NCBI GenBank assembly: GCA_949292875.1
Contig: CASFBJ010000020.1
Location: 11,744-75,743, forward strand
Length of the DNA: 64,000 nt
Source of the DNA: an uncultured Christensenella sp.
Lineage (GTDB): Bacteria > Bacillota > Clostridia > Christensenellales > UBA1242
Direction of reading: 5' to 3'
Position numbers and translations under genes: made by a program. This document shows, in pieces, positions 36,104 to 45,872 of this stretch (position 1 is its first letter; every line of letters begins with the position of its first letter). The notes under the pieces were generated by a model. It made no database searches, was not told the DNA's origin, and was given only the letters and a program-made list of their open reading frames with translations.

Positions 36104-37309
36104 ATGTATTTTTGTAGTAATTGTAAAAAGAAATGTGAAAATAGTATTTGTAATAGTTGTGGTAAAAACTTAGGAAGAGAAGATGAAATTATTTTTTGTT
36201 CGCAATGTAATAAAATGTACTATAAACCGAATTATGATTTTAATTGTACAAGATGCGGAACTAAAGTAATTGTTAATCCTGAAATCAAAGCAGAGTTATT
36301 TACTCAAAACACAAATCAAAATATGCAGAGTTCAGTACAAAATATCCAAAATAATAACAATAGTAATAGTAATGGTAATTTTGGAATATTGGGAGAGTTT
36401 CCAAAAAAACAAAGTATTGAACAAAATGTTTTAGTTAGTAATGAAAATGAGAATAATAAATTACAATATAATTCTCAAAATGATACTCAAAGTGGGCTTC
36501 AATATAATAATGTGCAAAACAATAATCTAAACAATGTACAATTATCACAAAGTGCTACTCAAAATGATCTAGTACAAAATTCCTATAATAATAGTCAAAT
36601 TTCGCAAAATAGTAACTTAAATCCTATACAAAATAACAACAATTTATCTCAAAATGGGGAAAATAATTCACAAGATTTAGCATCGCTTTTTTCACAAAAT
36701 CAAATACAAGATGATAGTCAAACTAAAATAAATTTTGATGACTTAAGAAATCAAGAAGTTTTACAAACGGAAGATACTAAATCACAAGATGTTGTAGTTG
36801 AGTCTGATGGTAAAAAATATGACGAAAATGGTTTTGAAATAGTAGAAGTAGACAAGCAAAAGAAAAAATCAAAGTCAAAGAAAGAAAAAATTAAAAAAGA
36901 AAGTTCTGGAGAAACTACTGTAAAGGCAAAGAGTGGTATTGGTTTAAAAATATTTGCTTTGATAGAATTTTTGATTATATTAGGGTGTCTAACTGTTATC
37001 ACTATATATCTTGTATTGCCTTATACACAAGATACTTTTAAGCGTGCTTGGTTTAATTACATTGATTCCTATAATTCTATAGCAATAGTTGAAGGAGAAA
37101 AGACATTAGATAAAGCTGAAATAGATTTTATAAAAAGTAACGATGACGAGACAATGTATATATATAAAGAAAAAGGAAAATCAAACTATATAGTTTTTGA
37201 AGTTGAAAAGAATTTTTCAATAGGTAGTTTTATAGATTTTTCAAATGCTCAAGTAGTTGCACTTTTCAATTCTTCAATTGAAGCAGAAGAATATATGAAT
37301 GCAAAATAG
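36104..37309 (+). CDS. double zinc-ribbon protein with a long Q/N-rich low-complexity region, a TM helix and a C-terminal extracytoplasmic domain
   Basis: 401 aa with four CxxC pairs in the first 52 aa. Residues ~65-200 are dominated by Q/N/S. A K-rich segment follows, then the TM IFALIEFLIILGCLTVITIYLVL. Confidence 0.6.
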   Translation: MYFCSNCKKKCENSICNSCGKNLGREDEIIFCSQCNKMYYKPNYDFNCTRCGTKVIVNPEIKAELFTQNTNQNMQSSVQNIQNNNNSNSNGNFGILGEFPKKQSIEQNVLVSNENENNKLQYNSQNDTQSGLQYNNVQNNNLNNVQLSQSATQNDLVQNSYNNSQISQNSNLNPIQNNNNLSQNGENNSQDLASLFSQNQIQDDSQTKINFDDLRNQEVLQTEDTKSQDVVVESDGKKYDENGFEIVEVDKQKKKSKSKKEKIKKESSGETTVKAKSGIGLKIFALIEFLIILGCLTVITIYLVLPYTQDTFKRAWFNYIDSYNSIAIVEGEKTLDKAEIDFIKSNDDETMYIYKEKGKSNYIVFEVEKNFSIGSFIDFSNAQVVALFNSSIEAEEYMNAK

Positions 37310-37318
37310 TTATAATGT

Positions 37319-37351
37319 AAGGATACTTCGGTGTCCTTATTTTTTTATTTT
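37319..37351 (+). terminator. intrinsic terminator with a UUCG tetraloop
   Basis: AAGGATAC, loop TTCG, GTGTCCTT (37319-37338), followed by ATTTTTTTATTTT. Confidence 0.75.
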
Positions 37352-37453
37352 AAAACACTGTTTTAATAAGTATTTAGGCATTTAGAAAAAATAAAAAATT
37401 AAATAATATTAAATAAATTAAAGAATATGTAAAAATTTATTATAAATTATACA

Positions 37454-37482
37454 TTGACATTACTTGTAAAGTACATTATAAT
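37454..37482 (+). promoter_or_regulatory. consensus SigA-type promoter
   Basis: TTGACA (37454-37459), a 17-nt spacer, then TATAAT (37477-37482). Confidence 0.65.
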
Positions 37483-37511
37483 AATAGAAGTAATGAGTGT
37501 AGAGGTGTAAA

Positions 37512-37808
37512 ATGAAAAATATAATTAAGCAAAAAATGTACAGCGATAAAAATAAAGAAAAATTAATACAAAGAAAAACTGTGTTAGAGGAAAAGCTTGA
37601 AGATTATAAGTATTTGCTATATTTTTATGAAATGGATATCCGCCAATTATATCAATGCGAGCCTTTTACTAACATAAAAAAGCGTGATAAATATGATAAA
37701 TGTGTTAAAAAAACTAAACAAAAGATAGAGAAAATAGATTTGGCTTTACAAGAAATGGACCAAGTACAAGGTAAAGAAAAAGAAGAAATTCAAGAAAGAG
37801 AAATGTAA
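37512..37808 (+). CDS. hypothetical coiled-coil protein
   Basis: 98 aa, charged and helical, with RBS AGAGGTG. Confidence 0.45.
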   Translation: MKNIIKQKMYSDKNKEKLIQRKTVLEEKLEDYKYLLYFYEMDIRQLYQCEPFTNIKKRDKYDKCVKKTKQKIEKIDLALQEMDQVQGKEKEEIQEREM

Positions 37809-38001
37809 AATATATTTATATAGTAAAAAAATTTTATAAAAAATATTACTATGAAGATTGTTCCTAAATGTGAAATAAAAAGGAATAATTTTATAGTAAT
37901 ATTTTTATTTCTTAATAATTTTTTCTTTTTTAAAATTTTATTATATAAACATTTGCAAATTTGTATAGATTAGCATAAATTTGTTTGATTGATATACTAA
38001 T

Positions 38002-38388
38002 TTAAAATATGTTGCTTATATCAAACCTTATAATTTGTTCTAAGTTTTCTAAATCTTCTTGAAGTAATAACATATGTACATATGCTTCGCTATTGTTATC
38101 TATATCTACATAACTTATTGCTTGATTAAGTTCTTTACCTATTTCTAATAAATCTTTATGGTTGTAGATTAAGCATAATTTTTTTTGTTGTGATTTCCAG
38201 TTTTCATATGTTTGATTCAAGTTTTCTAGAATAAGATTTTTCTCATTTTTTTCTTCAATGTTTTTTATTATTTCTTTACTGCTTTCGCTAATGTCTGCAA
38301 AAGTATTTGATGTGTATACAATTTCAAATGTGCTTAATGCAAGTGTAAAAAAAGCGAATATACTAATAATAATTATTTTTGCTTTCAT
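38002..38388 (-). CDS. DUF4363-like protein
   Basis: 128 aa with a signal/TM N-terminus followed by a helical domain. The size and its pairing with a DUF421 gene match a gene pair known in Clostridia. Confidence 0.55.
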   Translation of the reverse strand: MKAKIIIISIFAFFTLALSTFEIVYTSNTFADISESSKEIIKNIEEKNEKNLILENLNQTYENWKSQQKKLCLIYNHKDLLEIGKELNQAISYVDIDNNSEAYVHMLLLQEDLENLEQIIRFDISNIF

Positions 38389-38398
38389 TTTTCCTCCT

Positions 38399-39121
38399 TT
38401 ATATCGGTCTTTGTTCGCCGTTGCCTAATCTATGTTGTAATATTTGTTTGTCTTTCTGCTTTGTTTGAAAATATATTTTTCCATCTTTGCTGTACTGTAA
38501 AACTATTACATCTTTTAGTTTAGTTTCTTGTTCTTGCAAAAAATCAATTATTTCTTTTTCTTCAATATTAAAGACTTTAAGATTTTCAGTAGAAATCTTG
38601 CCGTCGCTTATAAGAATATAAGGTAATAGGGCTTCTTTTTTATTAATATTTAAATCTGACCTTGTTAAAGCTGTTTCATTACTAACTGGAATTATGCTTA
38701 TGTTCCCATTTGTTTCCATAATTGCGTAAAGCACATTATCTAGAGAAAGGTATCCAGCACATCTGCAAGCTTCCATTAAATCTGCTATAGTCATATTTAA
38801 GTTTTTTATATTTTCTTCAAGTATACCTTCTGGACCTATAAGTATTACTGCGTGACCATTTACGAAATTTCTTACTTTTAGGCTTTTGCAAGCAAAAAGA
38901 GTGATTATAAAATGCATAATTGTAAGTACGAATAAAGGTAATATGCCGTTTAATAAAGGTATAGTTAAGTCAGACATTGGTATAGTTGCTAAATCTGCAA
39001 TTATAAGCGTTATAACAACATCTAAAGGTTGCATTTGGGCAATTTGCCTTTTGCCCATGACTCTTATTACCAATAATACAATTACATATATTATTATGCT
39101 TCTTAAAACTATTATCGTCAT
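38399..39121 (-). CDS. DUF421 (YetF-like) membrane protein
   Basis: 240 aa. The N-terminus IIIYVIVLLVIRVMGKRQIAQMQPLDVVITLIIADL is typical of the YetF/DUF421 family. Confidence 0.75.
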   Translation of the reverse strand: MTIIVLRSIIIYVIVLLVIRVMGKRQIAQMQPLDVVITLIIADLATIPMSDLTIPLLNGILPLFVLTIMHFIITLFACKSLKVRNFVNGHAVILIGPEGILEENIKNLNMTIADLMEACRCAGYLSLDNVLYAIMETNGNISIIPVSNETALTRSDLNINKKEALLPYILISDGKISTENLKVFNIEEKEIIDFLQEQETKLKDVIVLQYSKDGKIYFQTKQKDKQILQHRLGNGEQRPI

Positions 39122-39150
39122 AGTTTTATTATGTATATTTTAATTTAAGT

Positions 39151-40662
39151 TTATGTACGAGATTTTCTTTTTTTTAAAAATTTAACTACAAAAACTTTTA
39201 TGTTGTATAAACCTAAATGTTGACTAATAAGAGTGAAACTTATACAACTAATGCAACCAGATATAACTAAAGCAAAGAATAAAGGCAAGAAAGATATTAA
39301 AAGTTGATATATATTATAGATTATTAGTGCTGTGCCTATGCTAAGTAGAAAAAGTGATAATAATGGTTTAAGTGTTTTTTTATCAACAAAATTGTTTTTT
39401 ATCATTAAACGGATATTTAGCAAGGTTGTAATCATTACTTGTACGAAAACTGCGTATATGATCGCATCTATGCCTACAAATTGTGGAGCTATAAATAAAG
39501 TTATGAGCATAAGTACACTTGCACTTAAAAAATAAACAAATGTATGCTTTTCAAATCCAAGAGAGTTAAGCATTGTGCTACTTAGGTTGTTAAATGCTAA
39601 TGGAACAATAAGTATACTTGCTTTAGCAAGAAATTGTCCTGCAAGAGCGCTGTCAAATAAAAATATACATATTGGCTCACCTAAAGCGCTAAATATAGGT
39701 ATAAATAGACATGCTATGAAACTAGTGAATGCAAAAGAATTATTTATTTGAGATTTAATGCTGTCAAATTCTTTTTTTGCAAGCGATGTCGATAGCGAGG
39801 GTATAAGTGCTATAGATAATGAGTCTATTAGAGTTGTTGGGAGAAAAAGTAACGGATAAGCCATGCCTATAGCCATACCAAAAAGCGACAACGCTTGTTC
39901 ATTAGTGTATCCAGCGTTTACAAGTCCTATAGGAATGATTATTGAGATAAGTGGCATAAGTAAACTGGAGATAAAGCGTAGCGCTGTTATAGGTGTGCTT
40001 GAAGCAAAAACTTCTTTAAAATGACCTTTTGGCTTGACAAATTTGCCACCTTTTTTCTTATAAACAAAAACAATGCACAAACATGAAGTGAATATAGCAA
40101 TAGTTAAAGACCAACTTGCAGATAATGCACCTTCAAGTGTTGAGTATGCAAAACTAAGTGCTATAACGCAAGCAATTATTCTTACATATTGTTCAATTAG
40201 TTCAATGATACATACTGACAAATAATCATTTTCGCCCCAAAGATAGCCTCTAATAACGCCATGAACTGCTGAAAAAACAACTGCGGGTAACATTGTTAAA
40301 AGTATTAGCATACAACTCTGTTCAGTAAAAAGCATGGCAAAAAGTTTGTTTCCTATAAGAATAACAAGACATAGAAAAGTTGCAGATAAGCCTGCAATAA
40401 GTAGTGCAGTAGTAGTCATAGCGTATTTACTAGATTCCAAATTTAAAGCCTTATATTTTGCAGATAATCTACTAACTGTAAGCGGAATACCGCTACAACA
40501 TAATGTAATAAGTACTATAAACATAGAGAATGCGATTTGATACATTCCTAAGGCTTCAGCACCTATTTCTCTACTCATCCATATCCTAAAAATAAAACCT
40601 GATACTCTTGTAATTATTGTAAAAAGAGTAATGATTGCAACTGTTTTAAGTATGTTTTTCAT
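39151..40662 (-). CDS. MOP-superfamily flippase (SpoVB/MurJ-like polysaccharide biosynthesis protein)
   Basis: 503 aa with about 14 TM helices. The N-terminus TRVSGFIFRIWMSREIGAEALGMYQIAF is SpoVB-like. Confidence 0.8.
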   Translation of the reverse strand: MKNILKTVAIITLFTIITRVSGFIFRIWMSREIGAEALGMYQIAFSMFIVLITLCCSGIPLTVSRLSAKYKALNLESSKYAMTTTALLIAGLSATFLCLVILIGNKLFAMLFTEQSCMLILLTMLPAVVFSAVHGVIRGYLWGENDYLSVCIIELIEQYVRIIACVIALSFAYSTLEGALSASWSLTIAIFTSCLCIVFVYKKKGGKFVKPKGHFKEVFASSTPITALRFISSLLMPLISIIIPIGLVNAGYTNEQALSLFGMAIGMAYPLLFLPTTLIDSLSIALIPSLSTSLAKKEFDSIKSQINNSFAFTSFIACLFIPIFSALGEPICIFLFDSALAGQFLAKASILIVPLAFNNLSSTMLNSLGFEKHTFVYFLSASVLMLITLFIAPQFVGIDAIIYAVFVQVMITTLLNIRLMIKNNFVDKKTLKPLLSLFLLSIGTALIIYNIYQLLISFLPLFFALVISGCISCISFTLISQHLGLYNIKVFVVKFLKKRKSRT

Positions 40663-40793
40663 GTTATATAATTATGTCTAAATTTTTAATTCAAGACTAA
40701 TTTTTTTAATTTTCAAAAAAAGTTGTCCTACCTTTTGTAAGTTTTTGTTTTTTATATGCTAGTATTTTGGCGAATGTGGTAAAGGAGGAGTTT

Positions 40794-41057
40794 ATGGACG
40801 AGCAAGAAGATTTAAAGTCTTTACTACTTAAAAAAGCGAACGGATATGATGTGGAAGAGGTAGTTGAAGAGTATAGTGATGTTGATGGTGAGCTCGTACT
40901 AGTTAAAAAAAAGATAACTCACAAACACATTCCTCCAGATACTGCACTTTTAAAACTCCTTGTTGAAAGTAAAGATGAAGAAAATGAAGATTTAAGTAAT
41001 TACACTGAAGAAGAATTAAAACAAATGCTTAAAGATTTGGTAAAAGATGAGAATTAG
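40794..41057 (+). CDS. terminase small subunit-like protein (C-terminal core only; no N-terminal HTH)
   Basis: ATG at 40794 with RBS AGGAGG (40783-40788). GYDVEEVVEEY...KKKITHKHIPPDTALLKLL resembles the GYEYEE...K.hPPD..A..f.LKN core of Firmicutes phage small terminases, as I recall it. Its position immediately 5' of the portal supports the call. Confidence 0.5.
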   Translation: MDEQEDLKSLLLKKANGYDVEEVVEEYSDVDGELVLVKKKITHKHIPPDTALLKLLVESKDEENEDLSNYTEEELKQMLKDLVKDEN

Positions 41058-41065
41058 CGGAGGTA

Positions 41066-42925
41066 ATGATGAAAAAAAACGAAGTAAAAGAAGATAAGGC
41101 AGAACTTATAAAATCTATCAAAGAAGATTTGTATAGAAGACAATTAGATAGAAAAAAATTAGAGATGCAATGGAAATTGAACTTAAATTTTTTATCAGGT
41201 AATCAATATTCTACTTTAAATGGTAATGATGAAATTATAGATTCAATAAAAAGATACGATTGGGAAGAAAAAAAGGTCTACAATCACTTGAGCGGTTTAC
41301 TTGAGGTTAGACAAAGTAAATTGTGTGCAAATAAGCCAACAATTACAGTAATACCAGCAAGTAGCGATAGCAAAGATATGGCAACTGCTAGAACTTGCCA
41401 ATCTATTTGCCAGTCTTTATGGCATAAAAACAGGCTGTCCGAACTTATAGCAAAAGCTATAAGCTGGAGTGAGTCTTGCGGTACTGTTTTTTATAAAGTT
41501 ACATGGAATAGCGAACTTGGAGATGTTTTATTAAATGAAAATGGAAAAGAGATTTATAGTGGAGATGTAAAAATAGATGTTGTATCTCCATTTGAAATTT
41601 TTCCGCAAAATATTGCTTATGAAAACTTAGAAGATAATGAAAGTATAATTCATGCAAGAGCTTTTACTGTAACTAAAATAAAAGATATGTATGGCATAGA
41701 TGTAAAGGGTGAAAAAATAGATTCATTTGGAATTATGCGAGATGATTTGCAAGATATTATATCTCCGTATAAAGCAAATGCGGGCAAAATTCAAGAGGAA
41801 GAATATGCTTTAGTTATAGAAAAATATATTTTACCAACAAGGGAAATGCCTAATGGTAGACTTATCATAATTTGTGGTGAACATGTTTGTTATGATGGGG
41901 AATTGCCTTATATAAATGTTACACATAAAAAAAGGGGATATCCATTTATCAGGCAAGTTGCTTATCCTTTAGCAGGTTGTTTCTTTGGCATAAGTGTAGT
42001 TGAAAGAGCTATACCATTACAAAAAGACTACAATGCTTTAAAAAATAGGAAAATGGAATTTTTAAATAGGTTATGTATGGGTGTACTTCTTGCTGAAGAT
42101 GGTGCTGTAGATATAGACAATATAGAAGAAGAAGGGCTAGAACCTGGAAAAGTTATAGTCTATAGGCAAGGAGCCAATCCGCCTATGTTTATGCCGACAA
42201 ATAATATACCTGTAGATTTTGACTCTGAAGAAGCAAGAATAATAAATGAATTTAGTGCAATTACAGGTGTAAATGATTTGGTTAGACAAGGTAACGTAAA
42301 TGTTAGTAATATTAGCGGTACTGCATTACAAATACTTCTAGAACAAGAAACTGCAAGACTTAGTGTGAGTGCAGATAGTATAGGTCATGCTGTTTGCGAA
42401 ATAGCGACGCAAGTTTTAAGATTATATAAACAGTTTGCTACTTTTCCTAGAATTTTAAAATTGGTAGGAGAGAAAGGAAGTATAGATGCTATTTGCTTTA
42501 GTTCAAGAGATATAACTACAGATGATGTTGTTATAGATAATCAATCAGAAACAATTACTACAAAAGCACAACAAAGAAGTTTAATATTTGAGATTTTATC
42601 TTCTGGTGTACTACAAAATGAAGAAGGAAAACTAAGCAATACAACAAGACAGAAGATTATAGATATGCTAGGACTAGGCATATATGATATGGGTAATGAC
42701 ATTACATCATTGCAATTAAAATATGCTCAAAAAGAAAATATAGACTTTACTAATGGTAAAACAGATGTGTTTGTTCAAGAAATAGATGACCATGATATGC
42801 ACATAAAAGAACATTCCTGCTTGTTACTTGGTGCTGAAGGCGATAGATTAAGAAAAAATGGCATGTATGAAAAAGTTATGGAACATATTAGAGAACATAA
42901 AAAATTTAAATCATTAACAAATTAA
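41066..42925 (+). CDS. phage portal protein
   Basis: 619 aa, RBS GGAGG. The N-terminal portal-like pattern is QWKLNLNFLSGNQY...NKPTITVIPASSDSKDMATA...GTVFYKVTWN. Size and position upstream of the scaffold and capsid genes fit. Confidence 0.75.
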   Translation: MMKKNEVKEDKAELIKSIKEDLYRRQLDRKKLEMQWKLNLNFLSGNQYSTLNGNDEIIDSIKRYDWEEKKVYNHLSGLLEVRQSKLCANKPTITVIPASSDSKDMATARTCQSICQSLWHKNRLSELIAKAISWSESCGTVFYKVTWNSELGDVLLNENGKEIYSGDVKIDVVSPFEIFPQNIAYENLEDNESIIHARAFTVTKIKDMYGIDVKGEKIDSFGIMRDDLQDIISPYKANAGKIQEEEYALVIEKYILPTREMPNGRLIIICGEHVCYDGELPYINVTHKKRGYPFIRQVAYPLAGCFFGISVVERAIPLQKDYNALKNRKMEFLNRLCMGVLLAEDGAVDIDNIEEEGLEPGKVIVYRQGANPPMFMPTNNIPVDFDSEEARIINEFSAITGVNDLVRQGNVNVSNISGTALQILLEQETARLSVSADSIGHAVCEIATQVLRLYKQFATFPRILKLVGEKGSIDAICFSSRDITTDDVVIDNQSETITTKAQQRSLIFEILSSGVLQNEEGKLSNTTRQKIIDMLGLGIYDMGNDITSLQLKYAQKENIDFTNGKTDVFVQEIDDHDMHIKEHSCLLLGAEGDRLRKNGMYEKVMEHIREHKKFKSLTN

Positions 42926-42936
42926 AAGGAGATTAT

Positions 42937-43647
42937 ATGGAAATATTAGAACAACCTAAAGATGTACAAGAAGATGTATCTATAGAGAAAGAAGATTTGT
43001 CTTATGATAAATCTGCTGAAGATGATAAGAGCGCTCAACTAGAAAATGAAAGAAAAGATATAGATGAAAGTACTTCAAATATGGGCTCTAATTTGCTTGG
43101 CAAGTTTAAAGATGTAGATGAGTTGACTAAGGCTTATAACAGTTTGCAAGCTGAGTTTACTAGGAAATGTCAAAAACTTAAATTGTTAGAAAAAAAACAA
43201 GAACAAGAATCTTCCGAGGCACAAAATAAAACAACATATGACACAAAGGATAGTAATGTGCCTATCTATCTGCAAGAAGATTATAGAGAAAAAGTTACAG
43301 AGTTTATAACAAATAATCCATATGCTAAGCAATATGCAAAAGATATAAGTAAAGAAATAATGCAAGATTCATCTCTAACATTGCAGGGTGCTTATAATAA
43401 AGTGCTTGCAAAAAAGTATAGAGAACCTAAGGAACTTTTGCAAGATAAAAACTTCATTGAAGATTATATACTTAATGATGAGAACCTAAAAAAAGAGTTA
43501 GTAAAAAAATATGTAGAAGAAGTCAAAGAATCAAAAGTACCTTATCTTATTTCAGGTAATACTGGTATAAGTGCTGGTACAAAGGATATTGAAATCTCAA
43601 ATCTTGAGGAAGCGAATAAACTAGCTTTAAAACTTTTTAGGGGATAG
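42937..43647 (+). CDS. putative scaffolding protein
   Basis: 236 aa, acidic and predicted helical/coiled. It sits between the portal and capsid genes. RBS AAGGAG. Confidence 0.5.
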   Translation: MEILEQPKDVQEDVSIEKEDLSYDKSAEDDKSAQLENERKDIDESTSNMGSNLLGKFKDVDELTKAYNSLQAEFTRKCQKLKLLEKKQEQESSEAQNKTTYDTKDSNVPIYLQEDYREKVTEFITNNPYAKQYAKDISKEIMQDSSLTLQGAYNKVLAKKYREPKELLQDKNFIEDYILNDENLKKELVKKYVEEVKESKVPYLISGNTGISAGTKDIEISNLEEANKLALKLFRG

Positions 43648-43734
43648 TAATTTTAAAATGATTATAAAAATTAAAATTAAATGAAAAATTTAAAGAACAA
43701 AACGATATTTAATATAAAAAAGGAGTGTTTTTTA

Positions 43735-44904
43735 ATGGTAACTTTAGAAACTGCGGAAAATGCGTTAAAGACTATATACTTAGGTGTAGTTTCAAATCAA
43801 TTAAATATAGGAGTAAACCCTTTGCTTGCAAGAATAGAACAAACTACAAGCGATGTATGGGGTAATGAAATAAGAAAGTTGGCTCCTTATGGATTAAATG
43901 GTGGAGTTGGTGCTGGTACTGAGATAGGCCCATTGCCAAGTGCTTTTCAAAATCAATATGTTAAGTTTGTATCTGAACTTAAAAACCTATATGGTACAAT
44001 AAATATATCTGATAAAGCAATCCGTTCATCTAGTCATAGTGCTGGTGCATTTGTAAATTTGTTAAACGCTGAAATGGAAGGACTTATTAAGGCTAGCCAA
44101 TTTAACTTTGGAAGAATGTTATATGGTGATGGTTCTGGTTTATTAGGAACAGTGTCAGCATTTAGTGATAGTAAAATAACATTAGATTCAGTTAAGAATT
44201 TTATGGAAGGAATGGTTATAGATATAATTAATGCTGATGATGTTAAAGTAAGTAAAGCTAGAGTAGTATATGTAGATAGGGTAAATAAGCAAGTTACTTT
44301 GTCAAATGTGTCTGAATATACATATGCTGAAGGTGATAAGGCATATGTACAAGGTAGTAAGGATAATGAAATCACAGGACTTGGAAGTATATTCTCTGAC
44401 TCTGCAACGCTTTATGGTGTAAATAAAACTCAATATCCATGGATGAATTCTTATAAAAAAGATTCTGTAGGAAATATTAGTGATTCAGTTATTCAAACTG
44501 CAATAGATTTTATGGATGAAACAAGTGGTAGTATTGTAGACTTTATTGCTTGTAGTAGTGATGTAAAAAGAGCTTATCAAGAATATCTAGGTGAATATAG
44601 AAGAAATATAGATGTTATGGAGCTAAATGGTGGTTTCAAGGCATTAACTTATAATGGTATACCTGTAGTTAGTGATAGGTTTATCAATGATGGAACAATG
44701 TACCTTTTAAATACTAAAGAGTTTGCATTACATCAATTATGTGATTGGAAGTGGCTTGAAGGTGAGAGTGGAAAGATTATAAAACAAGATGCTAATTCTC
44801 CGACATACACTGCTACATTAGTTAAGTATGCAGATTTAATCTGTAATAAACCTAATGGACAAGCTAGACTATCTGGCATAACAGGAAAGGGTTTAGGCGC
44901 TTAA
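43735..44904 (+). CDS. phage major capsid protein
   Basis: I prefer the ATG at 43735 (RBS AGGAG at 43721-43725), giving about 389 aa. The size, the position, and a C-terminal pattern typical of tailed-phage capsid proteins (PTYTATLVKYADLICNKPNGQARL) support the call. A strong hairpin lies immediately downstream. Confidence 0.7.
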   Translation: MVTLETAENALKTIYLGVVSNQLNIGVNPLLARIEQTTSDVWGNEIRKLAPYGLNGGVGAGTEIGPLPSAFQNQYVKFVSELKNLYGTINISDKAIRSSSHSAGAFVNLLNAEMEGLIKASQFNFGRMLYGDGSGLLGTVSAFSDSKITLDSVKNFMEGMVIDIINADDVKVSKARVVYVDRVNKQVTLSNVSEYTYAEGDKAYVQGSKDNEITGLGSIFSDSATLYGVNKTQYPWMNSYKKDSVGNISDSVIQTAIDFMDETSGSIVDFIACSSDVKRAYQEYLGEYRRNIDVMELNGGFKALTYNGIPVVSDRFINDGTMYLLNTKEFALHQLCDWKWLEGESGKIIKQDANSPTYTATLVKYADLICNKPNGQARLSGITGKGLGA

Positions 44905-44925
44905 TTATAATATAAAGAAAATAAA

Positions 44926-44964
44926 ATGTGTATGTTTTCTTATTTTAGAAACATACACATTTTT
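44926..44964 (+). terminator. strong hairpin (terminator or attenuator) immediately after the capsid gene
   Basis: ATGTGTATGTTTTCT pairs with AGAAACATACACAT (~14 bp, one bulge), then TTTT. This is the placement commonly seen after highly expressed phage capsid genes. Confidence 0.6.
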
Positions 44965-44983
44965 AAAATTAAAGGAAAAATAT

Positions 44984-45313
44984 ATGCTTAAAATAATAGA
45001 AAATGATGTGTTTAATATATCTAATAGGGTAAAAAATATAGATAAAAATTATTTGATATTTTATAATACTATAAAAAGAAGATTTGAAATTCATTATAAA
45101 AAAGGTTTAGTTACTTGTTTGGAAGTTGTTGTTCGTTATCCTACCTTAGATTATAGGGTTATAGTTGATTTACAAAAAAATAGAAGTTTTAGAATTGAAA
45201 AAATTATGCAAGAGATTGAAATGCATAATAAAAAAATTCAAGAAAGTGAAAATGAAAATATAAAAAATGATTTAATTTCAAAAGTAAAAGTCATGATGCT
45301 AAAGGGGGTATAG
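44984..45313 (+). CDS. hypothetical phage-module protein
   Basis: 109 aa, RBS AAAGGA. No motif recognised. Confidence 0.45.
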   Translation: MLKIIENDVFNISNRVKNIDKNYLIFYNTIKRRFEIHYKKGLVTCLEVVVRYPTLDYRVIVDLQKNRSFRIEKIMQEIEMHNKKIQESENENIKNDLISKVKVMMLKGV

Positions 45314-45317
45314 AGTT

Positions 45318-45872
45318 GTGAATGTAAATAAAATATTGCAAATTTCATTAAAGTATCTTAATAAGGAACATTTAATTAAAGAATTAGAAAGTGAAAATGT
45401 TAATGACAATGCTGAATTGATTCAATTATTAGATGTTCTTAACGCTGTTGTAAAAAAAGTGGCAACAGAGTACATTTATTGCATTGCAGAAAAAGAGATA
45501 TATGTAGATTATACTGGTAAATATAGTTTAACTTCTTTACCTAAAAAATTTTATGCTGTAAGGAAGCTTAAAAATCATTTAGGTTTAAAATCAAAATATA
45601 GAGAAGAAGATGGATACTTACTATTAAAACCTGGCAAGTATGATTTAACTTATATATATACTCCACAGGAAGTAAATTTTCAAGATGAAATAACAAGTTT
45701 TCCATCTGTTTTAGTTGATGAAGCTTTAGCTTTAGGTGTAGTTGCAGAATATTTTTTGAAATATGGCTTTTTTGAAGAGTATGAAATATACGAATACAAA
45801 TTTCAAGATAAGATGAAAAAATGTGCTCAAAGATATGACGAAGTTAAGTGGAAGGATAAAATATGGGTATAG
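45318..45872 (+). CDS. putative head-completion/adaptor protein (assigned by position only)
   Basis: 184 aa, GTG start after AAGGGGG. Its size and position correspond to P22 gp4-type adaptors. No sequence-level proof. Confidence 0.35.
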   Translation: MNVNKILQISLKYLNKEHLIKELESENVNDNAELIQLLDVLNAVVKKVATEYIYCIAEKEIYVDYTGKYSLTSLPKKFYAVRKLKNHLGLKSKYREEDGYLLLKPGKYDLTYIYTPQEVNFQDEITSFPSVLVDEALALGVVAEYFLKYGFFEEYEIYEYKFQDKMKKCAQRYDEVKWKDKIWV

